Shown here: in pieces, positions 38,694 through 47,101 of the stretch
Layout of the letters: each line of letters begins with the position of its first letter
Numbering within the stretch: position 1 is the stretch's first letter
Assembly: GCA_017610175.1 (NCBI GenBank)
Contig: JAFCCO010000003.1
Span: 21,852 to 85,851 of the forward strand
Reading direction: 5' to 3'
Length of the DNA stretch: 64,000 nucleotides
Origin: Candidatus Iainarchaeum sp.
GTDB lineage: Archaea; Iainarchaeota; Iainarchaeia; Iainarchaeales; GCA-2688035
Position numbers and translations under genes: made by a program
Notes under the pieces: model-generated
Databases searched by the model: none
Seen by the model: only the letters and a program-made list of their open reading frames with translations
What the model was told of the DNA's origin: nothing

Positions 38694-39002
38694 CTATTCT
38701 ATTGTAAAGCTCTCCCTTGCCCTTGCATAGATCTTAAGCAAATCGTGCCCTTTTTCAGTGAGGGAATACATATACTGTTGGGCAATAAAAAGCCTTGTAA
38801 CAAGGCCTGTGTCAATTAGAGACTGGATCATAACCCGCAAATCCTTATCGTCAACCCTTGGAAAACTGGAATTAATCTTGTCTTCAGGAATTGAACCCTC
38901 TTTTAAGGCATTCAGCAAAGAAATGAAAAGCTCTGATTTGGCAAGCTCGTTAAGCTCGGGGTGTTTTTCGATGAAAAGAATGAATTCATCTTTTGCAGGC
39001 AT
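38694..39002 (-). CDS. Winged helix-turn-helix protein
   Basis: IQSLIDTGLV..YSLTEKG wing motif. Confidence 0.75.
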   Translation of the reverse strand: MPAKDEFILFIEKHPELNELAKSELFISLLNALKEGSIPEDKINSSFPRVDDKDLRVMIQSLIDTGLVTRLFIAQQYMYSLTEKGHDLLKIYARARESFTIE

Positions 39003-39022
39003 AAAGAAATAAACTGCTTTGC

Positions 39023-40606
39023 CTAATTTAAAGGTTTGGATACAAAAACTCCGTCCCTCTCAAAACCCTGCGAAAAGTAATACTGCTTTGTTCCAAGCGA
39101 ACTAATTACAAGAAGCTTCTTTGCATTAAATTCGTCAACGGCGATTTCCTCAGCCATTTGCAAAAGCCTTTTTCCAAAACCACTGTGCTGAATCTCGTTA
39201 AATTCGTGCTTTCCCAGCGGGAGCGCCTTGCCAAAAACACGAAGCTCACGCACTATTGCAGTGTCCCTTGAAATTTCTTTTCGAAAAGGGGTGTTTGGAA
39301 AACGCATCCTCAAAAATCCAAAAAGATTTTCCCGCTGCTTATCCTCAAATGAAATGAATTTTTCAGTTCCACCGCTTGCATCATAGCCCTCAACAAACTC
39401 CTTTGGAGCCCCAGGACTTTTACTCTTAGAATTTCTTAAACGCAATCCGACTTCACGGCAGCGAATGCACGAACACTTTATCCCGCGCTTTTCAGCCTCA
39501 AACTGCGCCATCTGCCGCAGGTTTGTTCGGTCAACCCCTGCAGAAACAACAGTGCTTGGAATGTCCCTTTGGATTCTCATTATTCTTGCCCAGTAAGGCA
39601 CAAACTTTTTGAGCTTCAGAACAAGCTCAATTGCCTGTGCGGTATCAATTGGTTCAAAACGACCGGCCCTCCAGTCCCTGAAAAGCTTTGTGTTGGGCAT
39701 AACAAGGCAGGGATAAAGCTTAAGCGAATCTGGCTTGAAATCAGGATTTGAAAAAAGTTCCCTCAAAGAATCAATATCCTGGTCAAGACTTGTGCCGGGC
39801 AAGCCGGGCATAAAATGATATGTAACTTTGAATGCGCTGTCCTTTAGCAAAGCGGTTGCATTTACAACATCTTTAACGCTGTGCCCTCTTTTAATGAGCT
39901 TGTAAACGCGGTCGCTAATTGTTTGAACCCCGAGTTCACACCTGGTCCCGCCAAAACCAAGCATTGAATTAATCTCTTTTTTGCCGCAATAATCCGGCCT
40001 TGTTTCAAAAGTAATCCCCGTTATTCTGCGCTCGGAAGTTAGGGCGGCATCCCTTGCAGAATCAATCTTTCTGGCCCTGGAACCTGTAATTGCATTAATG
40101 CATGAAACCATAAACTTTTCCTGGAATTTTGCGGGCTGGGAAAGAAAGGTTCCGCCCATCACAACCAGCTCAATCTTTTCCGTTGAATGCCCTGTTTCAT
40201 ACAACTGCTTAAGCCGGCTTTTGGCCTGTGTTGTCGGATTAAAATCAGCGCTGACCGCGCGCATGGCGGCAGGCTCCATCCCAGTATAACTTTTGGGAAG
40301 GTCTTTTCCCTCAAGCAAAGACCCGGGGCAATAAATGCATTTGCCCGGGCATTTGTGGGGTTTTGTCATGACCGCAACAACCGCAATCCCTGAAAGGCTT
40401 CTGGTGGGCTTAAGCATAAGAAATTTAAGGTGCTTTGAATTCCGATTCTTTGAAAACGAAAGAATTGTGGGGTTGGACGGCGTGCCTTGAAGCCGGTGTT
40501 TTTCAGCAAGCCTGTTTTTTGTTCTGCCCAATGCGTCCCTGTCTTTTATCTTGCCCTGCTCAAGCAGTTCAAGCAGTTCTTTTGAAAAAGATTCTATTTT
40601 GTCCAT
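39023..40606 (-). CDS. elp3: tRNA uridine(34) acetyltransferase Elp3
   Basis: KPTRSLSG, CPGKCIYCP, ETRPD, RIQRDIP, C-terminal GNAT domain QHSGFG. Confidence 0.96.
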   Translation of the reverse strand: MDKIESFSKELLELLEQGKIKDRDALGRTKNRLAEKHRLQGTPSNPTILSFSKNRNSKHLKFLMLKPTRSLSGIAVVAVMTKPHKCPGKCIYCPGSLLEGKDLPKSYTGMEPAAMRAVSADFNPTTQAKSRLKQLYETGHSTEKIELVVMGGTFLSQPAKFQEKFMVSCINAITGSRARKIDSARDAALTSERRITGITFETRPDYCGKKEINSMLGFGGTRCELGVQTISDRVYKLIKRGHSVKDVVNATALLKDSAFKVTYHFMPGLPGTSLDQDIDSLRELFSNPDFKPDSLKLYPCLVMPNTKLFRDWRAGRFEPIDTAQAIELVLKLKKFVPYWARIMRIQRDIPSTVVSAGVDRTNLRQMAQFEAEKRGIKCSCIRCREVGLRLRNSKSKSPGAPKEFVEGYDASGGTEKFISFEDKQRENLFGFLRMRFPNTPFRKEISRDTAIVRELRVFGKALPLGKHEFNEIQHSGFGKRLLQMAEEIAVDEFNAKKLLVISSLGTKQYYFSQGFERDGVFVSKPLN

Positions 40607-40625
40607 AGATAAAGACCGTTTGGGT

Positions 40626-41414
40626 TCAGAGCAACGCAAGGAATGCATTTACAAGAAGCTGGGGGAAAAGGGATATTGTGAAAAATGGCAGTCCAAACAT
40701 GGGTGCTAAAAATTTACCACGAATGCTTGAAATTACAGCCAACTCGGCTGCAAAGTTGCTGCTAAAATCGTTGAGTTCGGATTTAACGCTGAATGAGAAA
40801 TTTCTCTGCCCATAGTTTGCGGGATAAACCAAAAGATTAACGTCAAGCGTTTGAAGAGGCTCCACCTCAAAAGAGGCAGACTCAAACCAATAATTTGGAA
40901 GCGAGGACTTAACACTGATTCTTTGTGGCGCTATTGACTCATTGTTGATGATAAGCTTGAATTTTGTGGCAACCCCAACCTCGGACTCCTGCTTGAGCCC
41001 CTCCATGCTTGCACTCAAAAGATTTTTCTTAACTGTAACGTAAACAGAAAAGTTTTCTTTGGAAACGGGAGATGCATTGCTCTCCAAAGTAAATGAAATG
41101 CGCTGAATGCTTTCAGCTGCATCCTTTGGAATCTTAAATATGGCAATTATTGTCTTGTCCTGCAGTTCAAAGGATGCGTCCCATCCGGAGAGCAAGGTTG
41201 AATTGTCAAAAGAAATTTTGTCCCACTGAAAGCCTGTGCCGCTTTGGCGCTGCATCACAACACGAATTGTTTCACCGCGGGCCACATTGCCCAATTCGGC
41301 AGAATCGCCTGATTTAAGGCTGCCTGAAATAGGCTCTATGAGAAATGCATCGGCTGATGCTTGGGTTGTGAACACAACCAGGACCAATAGCAATGCAAGT
41401 GCTTTTTTAAACAA
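40626..41414 (-). CDS. Secreted, membrane-anchored beta-rich protein of unknown function
   Basis: Signal peptide ending ASA, beta-rich body, hydrophobic C-terminus. Confidence 0.7.
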   Translation of the reverse strand: MFKKALALLLVLVVFTTQASADAFLIEPISGSLKSGDSAELGNVARGETIRVVMQRQSGTGFQWDKISFDNSTLLSGWDASFELQDKTIIAIFKIPKDAAESIQRISFTLESNASPVSKENFSVYVTVKKNLLSASMEGLKQESEVGVATKFKLIINNESIAPQRISVKSSLPNYWFESASFEVEPLQTLDVNLLVYPANYGQRNFSFSVKSELNDFSSNFAAELAVISSIRGKFLAPMFGLPFFTISLFPQLLVNAFLALL

Positions 41415-41458
41415 ATAAACCCTCTGTATTATTTGCGTTCAAAGAAAATTAAAAGGTT

Positions 41459-42094
41459 ATGCAAATGAGGGTATTGGCGTTAAGTGATGTTCACAGCGGG
41501 ACAGAAATGGCTTCAAAGCTCGCAAAACAGGCAGGAAAGGTAGATTACGCGATTTTTCTCGGCGATTTGACAAATTATGGCGACAAAAAAGCGCTGGAAA
41601 TCATAAATTCTGTTGGTGCCGAAAAAAACCTTGCCATTCCGGGAAACCTTGATTCGTGGGAAATTCTTGATGAAATTGAGAAAGAGGGTGTTTCACTGCA
41701 TATGAAAAGCGTTGAAATCGCTGGATTCAACTTTGTCGGGTGCGGAGGGGGGTTGCACAACAACCCGGGGCAAGTGCTTTATTCTGAAAAAGAGATTTTC
41801 GAAAAGATTGTGCCATTGATGGGGTCGGGAAAAAGCGTTCTGGTGACACATTTGCCGCCATTGAACACAGAAATAGACCTTGCGGGAAACGGAGTGCATA
41901 TTGGAAGTGCAGCCGTGCGGGAATTGATTGAAAAGTTCCAGCCAGTGCTTCACTTGTGCGGACATGCACACAAGGCAATGGGGGAAACAATTATTGGAAA
42001 AACAAGATGCATTAACGCAGGGCCAACAAAAGAGGGAAACGGGCTCCTGCTTGAACTTGGAAAAACAATTGAAGTAACAAGACTGAGGGTGTGA
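41459..42094 (+). CDS. Calcineurin-like metallophosphoesterase
   Basis: SDVH, GDLT, PGNLD, THLPP and CGHAH motifs. Confidence 0.92.
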   Translation: MQMRVLALSDVHSGTEMASKLAKQAGKVDYAIFLGDLTNYGDKKALEIINSVGAEKNLAIPGNLDSWEILDEIEKEGVSLHMKSVEIAGFNFVGCGGGLHNNPGQVLYSEKEIFEKIVPLMGSGKSVLVTHLPPLNTEIDLAGNGVHIGSAAVRELIEKFQPVLHLCGHAHKAMGETIIGKTRCINAGPTKEGNGLLLELGKTIEVTRLRV

Positions 42095-42097
42095 AAA

Positions 42098-42688
42098 GTG
42101 AAACAAAGCAGGTTTGAGATGCTGAAAAAGCATAACGATGAACAGTTTGGGGAAGCAGTAAATGAGGGGAAGGCAGACGACAGGATGAAAAGTATCTGCC
42201 GATTTCTAAACTCAACAAAGAATTTTTTTACAAGCAGCAGTTGCGCAGGACGAATTACTCTGCTCTCGGTAAAAAGTATAGGTAAAAAGCAGCCAAACGC
42301 ATTTCATCGAAAATGGCACAGAAAAGTTTCACTCAAAGAAGTGTTAGAGGGAATAGATGAGAAGGCCTCTGAAAAGGAACTGTGGTTTAAACTTGACCCA
42401 TTCATTTTGCATGTTGGAGCCCGTGATTTGGAAAATGCAAGAAGGGTGCTTAAATGCATGCGCCTTGCGGGGATAAAACGCGGAGGCATAATGCTTGCAA
42501 AGGAAGAGAAATTTATAATAGAACTCCAGGGAACCAATGTAATATCCCTTCCTGTAAAAAGTGACGGAGAACTTCTTGCTGACAAGAAATATATTTCATT
42601 TATATTGAAACAGGCAAATACAAAACTTGCAGACAACTACAAAAGGCTTAAGCGGTTCGAAAAGATCTGCAGGGCAGAGCTGAAATGA
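42098..42688 (+). CDS. taw3: tRNA wyosine biosynthesis methyltransferase Taw3/TYW3
   Basis: FTSSSCAGRI, KWH and PFILHV motifs. Confidence 0.9.
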   Translation: MKQSRFEMLKKHNDEQFGEAVNEGKADDRMKSICRFLNSTKNFFTSSSCAGRITLLSVKSIGKKQPNAFHRKWHRKVSLKEVLEGIDEKASEKELWFKLDPFILHVGARDLENARRVLKCMRLAGIKRGGIMLAKEEKFIIELQGTNVISLPVKSDGELLADKKYISFILKQANTKLADNYKRLKRFEKICRAELK

Positions 42689-43230
42689 ACAAGCAGAAAA
42701 GACTATTTTTTGCCGTTAACCTGCCTGACAAAGTGAAAGAAGAAATTTCAAAAACAATTCTTCCAAAAATTCCGAAAGAAAAGTGGAGAACTGTCAAGAA
42801 AGAAAATCTCCACATAACAATGCGGTTTCTTGGGCATCTCCCTGAACAAGCAATTGGGGAATTGCAGGAAAAAACAAACGTTGTTGGGAACAGTGAAGAG
42901 TTTTATGCAGAACTAAAGGGTGTTGGGCATTTCAAAAACCGCATTCTGTGGATTGGAACAGGGGAAGGGACAAATGAATTCAACCTGCTTAGCAAAAAAC
43001 TGTGTGAAGCGCTTGGGGTTTTGGACAAAAGGTTCCACGCACATATAACAATTGCAAGAAACAGGGGATCAAAACCAAAAGAAACGGACGAATTAATCGA
43101 GGGGCTTCGCAAACAGAAGTTTGAAAGGAGAATAACCGTAAGATCGGTTGACTTAATGGAATCAATTCTTCACAAAGCTGGCCCGGAATACAAAAAGGTT
43201 TTTTTAACAGAACTTAAATCTCGCCTGTAA
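42685..43230 (+). CDS. thpR: RNA 2',3'-cyclic phosphodiesterase (2H family)
   Basis: RLFFAV; two HxT motifs (HITM, HITI); GPEY. Confidence 0.93.
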   Translation: MNKQKRLFFAVNLPDKVKEEISKTILPKIPKEKWRTVKKENLHITMRFLGHLPEQAIGELQEKTNVVGNSEEFYAELKGVGHFKNRILWIGTGEGTNEFNLLSKKLCEALGVLDKRFHAHITIARNRGSKPKETDELIEGLRKQKFERRITVRSVDLMESILHKAGPEYKKVFLTELKSRL

Positions 43231-44755
43231 GTTTTTCCAAAAGCTCCTGCGGCCTTGCATAATATTCAAGAATAATTTTCTCAACATCATCCCTGTCCTT
43301 GACTCCGTTCTCAAGCATCCACTCAAGTATGCGCTGCCTTACAAGCATCTCGCCCTTAAGCTGATTTTTGGTCAAGCCAACCCGTTCAGAGAGGCTCTCC
43401 AAAACCCCGCTTGGAACCGTTGTTTTCTCCACAAGCCCCTTCTTTGTATTAAGTTCAAAAATATTGCTTAGCAGAACCGTGTCCTCCATGCGGCCAACCT
43501 CTGCAACCTGCTTCACCCTTCTTATCATCCCGCTTTCCTTGCGGTAACTGCGCTGCATGACAACAATGAGATCAAGAAGCGGCAGCATTGATTCGGGAAC
43601 GTCCATTGGACTGCTTTTGAAACGCAGCAGCATTTCACGGGCTGAATTGCTATGCACGGTCCCAAGTATGCCCCTGTGCCCTGTGTCCATCGCAACGAAC
43701 ATTGTTTGGGCTTCGCTTCCGCGAACTTCCCCAACCAACAACCTGTCAGGGCGCATTCTCAAAGAGTTCTTAAGCAAGTCATCCATTTTAACTTCGGACA
43801 AGTCCTTCATCTTGGGCTTGCTCTCCATCTGGATCCAATTATCGCGCTCGCCCAAATCAAGCTCAAGCGTGTCCTCAATGCTTATAATGCGGTGGCTAAA
43901 TGGAATAAACGAAGCAAGAATGTTGAGCAAAGTTGTTTTTCCACTGCCGGCACCGCCCGTGACAATTATGTTCATTGGATCGACATTAAGGCCCTCCACC
44001 ATTAACCACAGGAAGGCAGCAAGTTCCACACTAAGGGTATTGTTCTCAACCAAATGAACTATGGAAAGGGGCATCTTGGAAAATTTTCTTATTGTAAGTG
44101 AATGCCCAAAGGGGGTAACATAGGAAAAAGTGGCGTTTGCCCTGCTGCCGTCAGGCAAGCGCGCATCAAGCAGGGGGTGGGCGTCACTGAATTGCTTACT
44201 GACGGTGTTTGCAATCCTCATTATAAGCTCTACAACAAAACCCCTTTCCTTTGCCACAACATTTGTTTTGCACATTCCATGTTTTTTGTGGAAGACAAAT
44301 ACATTTCTATCAAAGCCGTTAATCATAATTTCCTCAAGATTCTCGTCCGACATCATTTCCGCAATCTGCCTGAAACCAATTGACTTATCAAGCACATATT
44401 TTGCAAACTTTGTGGGTGAGGCAACGCCCATGCTTCTGGCAATTGCAGCAAGCGCAAGGCTTACTCCCGCAAAGTCTGCCGGCAGGGGAAGCTTTTGAAT
44501 CATTCCAATTGAATCAATCGGCTGTATTACGGTTTCGCGAAAGGCAGTGGCGAGTTTTGCGGTTGGCAAAATTCTCTGCAACTCTGCAACCGAACCCTGG
44601 CGCATTATAATCCTAATAAAGCTTTGGGCAAGCGCATCCTCTTTGGGGGGCAAAGTTGGCTTTGAGACCTCGTATATGTTGTGTGGAAAGCCCTCAAATA
44701 TGGAAACCCGGCCATAGGAATCAAGTTTCTTTCCCTTAAATTCTTTCATAGGCAT
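43214..44755 (-). CDS. Second type IV pilus/secretion ATPase (CpaF/VirB11 family)
   Basis: DARLPDGSR, GGAGSGKTT, SIEDTLEL, LRMRPDR, MDTGH. Confidence 0.93.
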   Translation of the reverse strand: MPMKEFKGKKLDSYGRVSIFEGFPHNIYEVSKPTLPPKEDALAQSFIRIIMRQGSVAELQRILPTAKLATAFRETVIQPIDSIGMIQKLPLPADFAGVSLALAAIARSMGVASPTKFAKYVLDKSIGFRQIAEMMSDENLEEIMINGFDRNVFVFHKKHGMCKTNVVAKERGFVVELIMRIANTVSKQFSDAHPLLDARLPDGSRANATFSYVTPFGHSLTIRKFSKMPLSIVHLVENNTLSVELAAFLWLMVEGLNVDPMNIIVTGGAGSGKTTLLNILASFIPFSHRIISIEDTLELDLGERDNWIQMESKPKMKDLSEVKMDDLLKNSLRMRPDRLLVGEVRGSEAQTMFVAMDTGHRGILGTVHSNSAREMLLRFKSSPMDVPESMLPLLDLIVVMQRSYRKESGMIRRVKQVAEVGRMEDTVLLSNIFELNTKKGLVEKTTVPSGVLESLSERVGLTKNQLKGEMLVRQRILEWMLENGVKDRDDVEKIILEYYARPQELLEKLTGEI

Positions 44756-44823
44756 CTGGAAATCACAACCAGTATTATAAACACCATTTACATATATAAA
44801 TAAGTTTTGATAGAGTTGATTGC

Positions 44824-46209
44824 ATGCAGGGAACAAGGGAAATTCTGCAAACTGCACTGAAAAAAATAACGCCTACGAATAAGGAAAAGGCTGCCCAAAA
44901 AAAGCTTGCAGAAAAGATAATCTCAGACATAATGAAAAGCGAGGGCAAACACATTGATGTTGTGCTCTGCGGCAGCATTGCAAGGGACACCCACCTGCGC
45001 GGGGATAATGACCTGGATATATTTGTTTTATTCCCCGAAAAGCTTTCAAGAGCGGAATTTGAAAAAGAAGGGCTTAGGATTGGCAAAAAAGTGTTCCGTG
45101 GCAAGAAATGGGAAAAGGCTTTTTCAGAACATCCATACATTCGCGGGGTAATTAACGGTTTTGATGTTGAAATAGTGCCCTCCTACAAAGTAAGCAGTGC
45201 TGAACTGTTGCAGAGCGCTGTGGACAGAAGCCCTTTTCACAACAAATACCTTCTTGGAAAAATGAGCACAAGCGACAGAAAGGAAGCCAGGCTTCTGAAA
45301 CAGTTTCTCAAAGGAATAAAGGCATATGGGGCGGACATAAAAGCAAGCTCCGTTCCAGGGTATGTTGTTGAACTCTTAATTTTAAGGTACGGCTCGTTTA
45401 CAAAAACACTCAAGGCGATTGCGGAATGGAAACAGGGGCAAGTAATAGACCTTGAAAGAAGGCTTGATGAAAAAGTTTCAAAGAAAAAGTTCAAAGACGC
45501 TCCGTTAATAATTGTGGACCCTGTTGACAAGAACCGGAATGTTGCAGCAGCGCTTTCGCTTAACCAATTTTCAAGAATAATTGCGGCTGCACGCTCTTTC
45601 AACAGAAAACCGGAATTAAAATTCTTTTTTGGGAAAAAGCAAAAGCCGTGGGCCATTGGAAAACTCAGAAAAATGCTTCAGAAAAAAGAGCTTATTGCAG
45701 TAAGGCTGGGCTATCCAAAGGGGGCGCTTTCGGATATTGTTTGGGGGCAGATTCAAAGGTTTGCAAAGAAAACCGCAAAGCACATTGAGATGAATGAGTT
45801 TCGGGTTTTAAGGAGTAAGGCCTGGACTGATGAGAAAAACGCAATAGTTCTTGTGTTTGAAGTTGAAAGCAGGATGCTGCAAAAAAGCACCAGGAAGGCA
45901 GGCCCGTTTGTAACGGATGAAAAGAACAGTGAGGCATTTCTTGCAAAGCACCCGCTGCTTGTTGCGGGACCGAGAATTGAAAACGGGCGATGGGTTATAG
46001 AAGTTTTGAGAAAGTTCACAAGAGTAGAGAATGTGCTTAAGGCATTTTTGAAAAAAGAAAAAAGGGTTGAGAAGAACTACTTAAAGAAAGCAATAAACAA
46101 GGGCAGCAGAGTTTTAGAGGAAGAGAATCTTGTAAAGCTGTTTAAGCAGAACCGTGAGTTTGCGGAATTCTTTACAACATACTTAAAGGGTGAAGAAGAA
46201 TTCCTTTGA
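44824..46209 (+). CDS. cca: CCA-adding enzyme (archaeal class I)
   Basis: GSIARDTHLRGDNDLDIF, EHPY, AVDRSPFH, DPVDKNRNVAAA. Confidence 0.96.
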   Translation: MQGTREILQTALKKITPTNKEKAAQKKLAEKIISDIMKSEGKHIDVVLCGSIARDTHLRGDNDLDIFVLFPEKLSRAEFEKEGLRIGKKVFRGKKWEKAFSEHPYIRGVINGFDVEIVPSYKVSSAELLQSAVDRSPFHNKYLLGKMSTSDRKEARLLKQFLKGIKAYGADIKASSVPGYVVELLILRYGSFTKTLKAIAEWKQGQVIDLERRLDEKVSKKKFKDAPLIIVDPVDKNRNVAAALSLNQFSRIIAAARSFNRKPELKFFFGKKQKPWAIGKLRKMLQKKELIAVRLGYPKGALSDIVWGQIQRFAKKTAKHIEMNEFRVLRSKAWTDEKNAIVLVFEVESRMLQKSTRKAGPFVTDEKNSEAFLAKHPLLVAGPRIENGRWVIEVLRKFTRVENVLKAFLKKEKRVEKNYLKKAINKGSRVLEEENLVKLFKQNREFAEFFTTYLKGEEEFL

Positions 46210-46445
46210 AAAAAAGAGCCAAAAGAAAGGGGCTTGGGTTGGGAACCGCAAGCAAAACGCCCATGCCAATGTCCGCTGCAAGTGAATTAAGGCACGAACT
46301 AAAAACAATTAGGGCAAAAGCGCAGAGGCAGACGTTAACGCTTAAGGAAAGGCAGCGCCAGGAAACAATATGGAAACATTTAGTGAAGAAAAACTGGCAC
46401 AGGTACTTCCCAAAAAAAGTGCTTTCAGGATGGAAAACGAAATGA
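46206..46445 (+). CDS. Small basic hypothetical protein
   Basis: 79-aa ORF with TTG start overlapping the cca stop; K/R-rich; no recognised motif. Confidence 0.35.
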   Translation: MKKRAKRKGLGLGTASKTPMPMSAASELRHELKTIRAKAQRQTLTLKERQRQETIWKHLVKKNWHRYFPKKVLSGWKTK

Positions 46446-46517
46446 GCCCGGAGGGATTCGAACCCTCGATCTCTCCGTCCGAAGCGGAGTGCCTTATCCA
46501 AACTGGGCTACGGGCCC
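46443..46517 (-). tRNA. tRNA-Arg (anticodon UCG)
   Basis: Cloverleaf GGGCCCG...CGGGCTC-A; anticodon arm CTCCG-CTTCGGA-CGGAG; GTTCGAATC T-loop; no intron; no encoded CCA. Confidence 0.95.
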
Positions 46518-46595
46518 ATCGAGAATGTTTATAATTATTGCGTTATAGAATTTAATTAACCTATTTATTTAAAAGACAAGGATTAAGTGGTTAAA

Positions 46596-46751
46596 ATGAA
46601 GGTTTGTAGTACATGCAATAAAGAAGTCACAACTGACTATACGGAATTCAAATGCCCCAAATGCAGCAAGTCACGCATTGTAAGGTGTGAGGGCTGCAGA
46701 AAGAACGCAAAACCATACAAATGCGCTGAATGCGGCTTTGTAGGGCCATAG
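46596..46751 (+). CDS. Zinc-ribbon RNA-binding protein (DUF1610/HVO_2753-like; absent from ORF track)
   Basis: Manual translation MKVCSTC..FKCPKC..IVRCEGCRK..YKCAECGFVGP*; conserved archaeal position upstream of aEF-1beta. Confidence 0.92.
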   Translation: MKVCSTCNKEVTTDYTEFKCPKCSKSRIVRCEGCRKNAKPYKCAECGFVGP

Positions 46752-46760
46752 GTGAGCTAA

Positions 46761-47021
46761 ATGGGCAAAACACTCGTAATTTACAAGATTAACATAACAG
46801 ATATGGAAAAGATTGATGACGCGCTTGAGTCCCTGAAAACCGTGAAAAGCGGTGAATACAGGGATGCAAAAAAAGAGCCAATCGGCTTTGGCATTGAGAT
46901 TCTTAAAGCGGCTTTTACCGTTCCTGAAAAGGACGACAAGGCAGTTGAGATCCTCACAAAGGAACTCAATGAGCTTGAGCTTGTGGAAGAGGCAGAAATG
47001 CGCGAAATGACCCTGCTCTAA
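46761..47021 (+). CDS. ef1b: Elongation factor 1-beta
   Basis: EPIGFGIEIL motif; 86 aa; follows the Zn-ribbon gene; GGTGA ribosome-binding site. Confidence 0.9.
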   Translation: MGKTLVIYKINITDMEKIDDALESLKTVKSGEYRDAKKEPIGFGIEILKAAFTVPEKDDKAVEILTKELNELELVEEAEMREMTLL

Positions 47022-47101
47022 GGGCCAACTTCTACATAATTATTCTTCTTTTCAGCTCCCTTTAACAAAGTTTTTCCACTAATTAGTGCAGGGGGAGCAA
47101 A

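Noticed and set aside
41459-42094. Metallophosphoesterase as the missing Mre11
   Set aside because: It is only 211 aa, has GNLD rather than GNHD, lacks a capping domain, and sits with tRNA/RNA enzymes.
46172-46501. 109-aa minus-strand ORF
   Set aside because: It starts inside tRNA-Arg and has no protein-like features.
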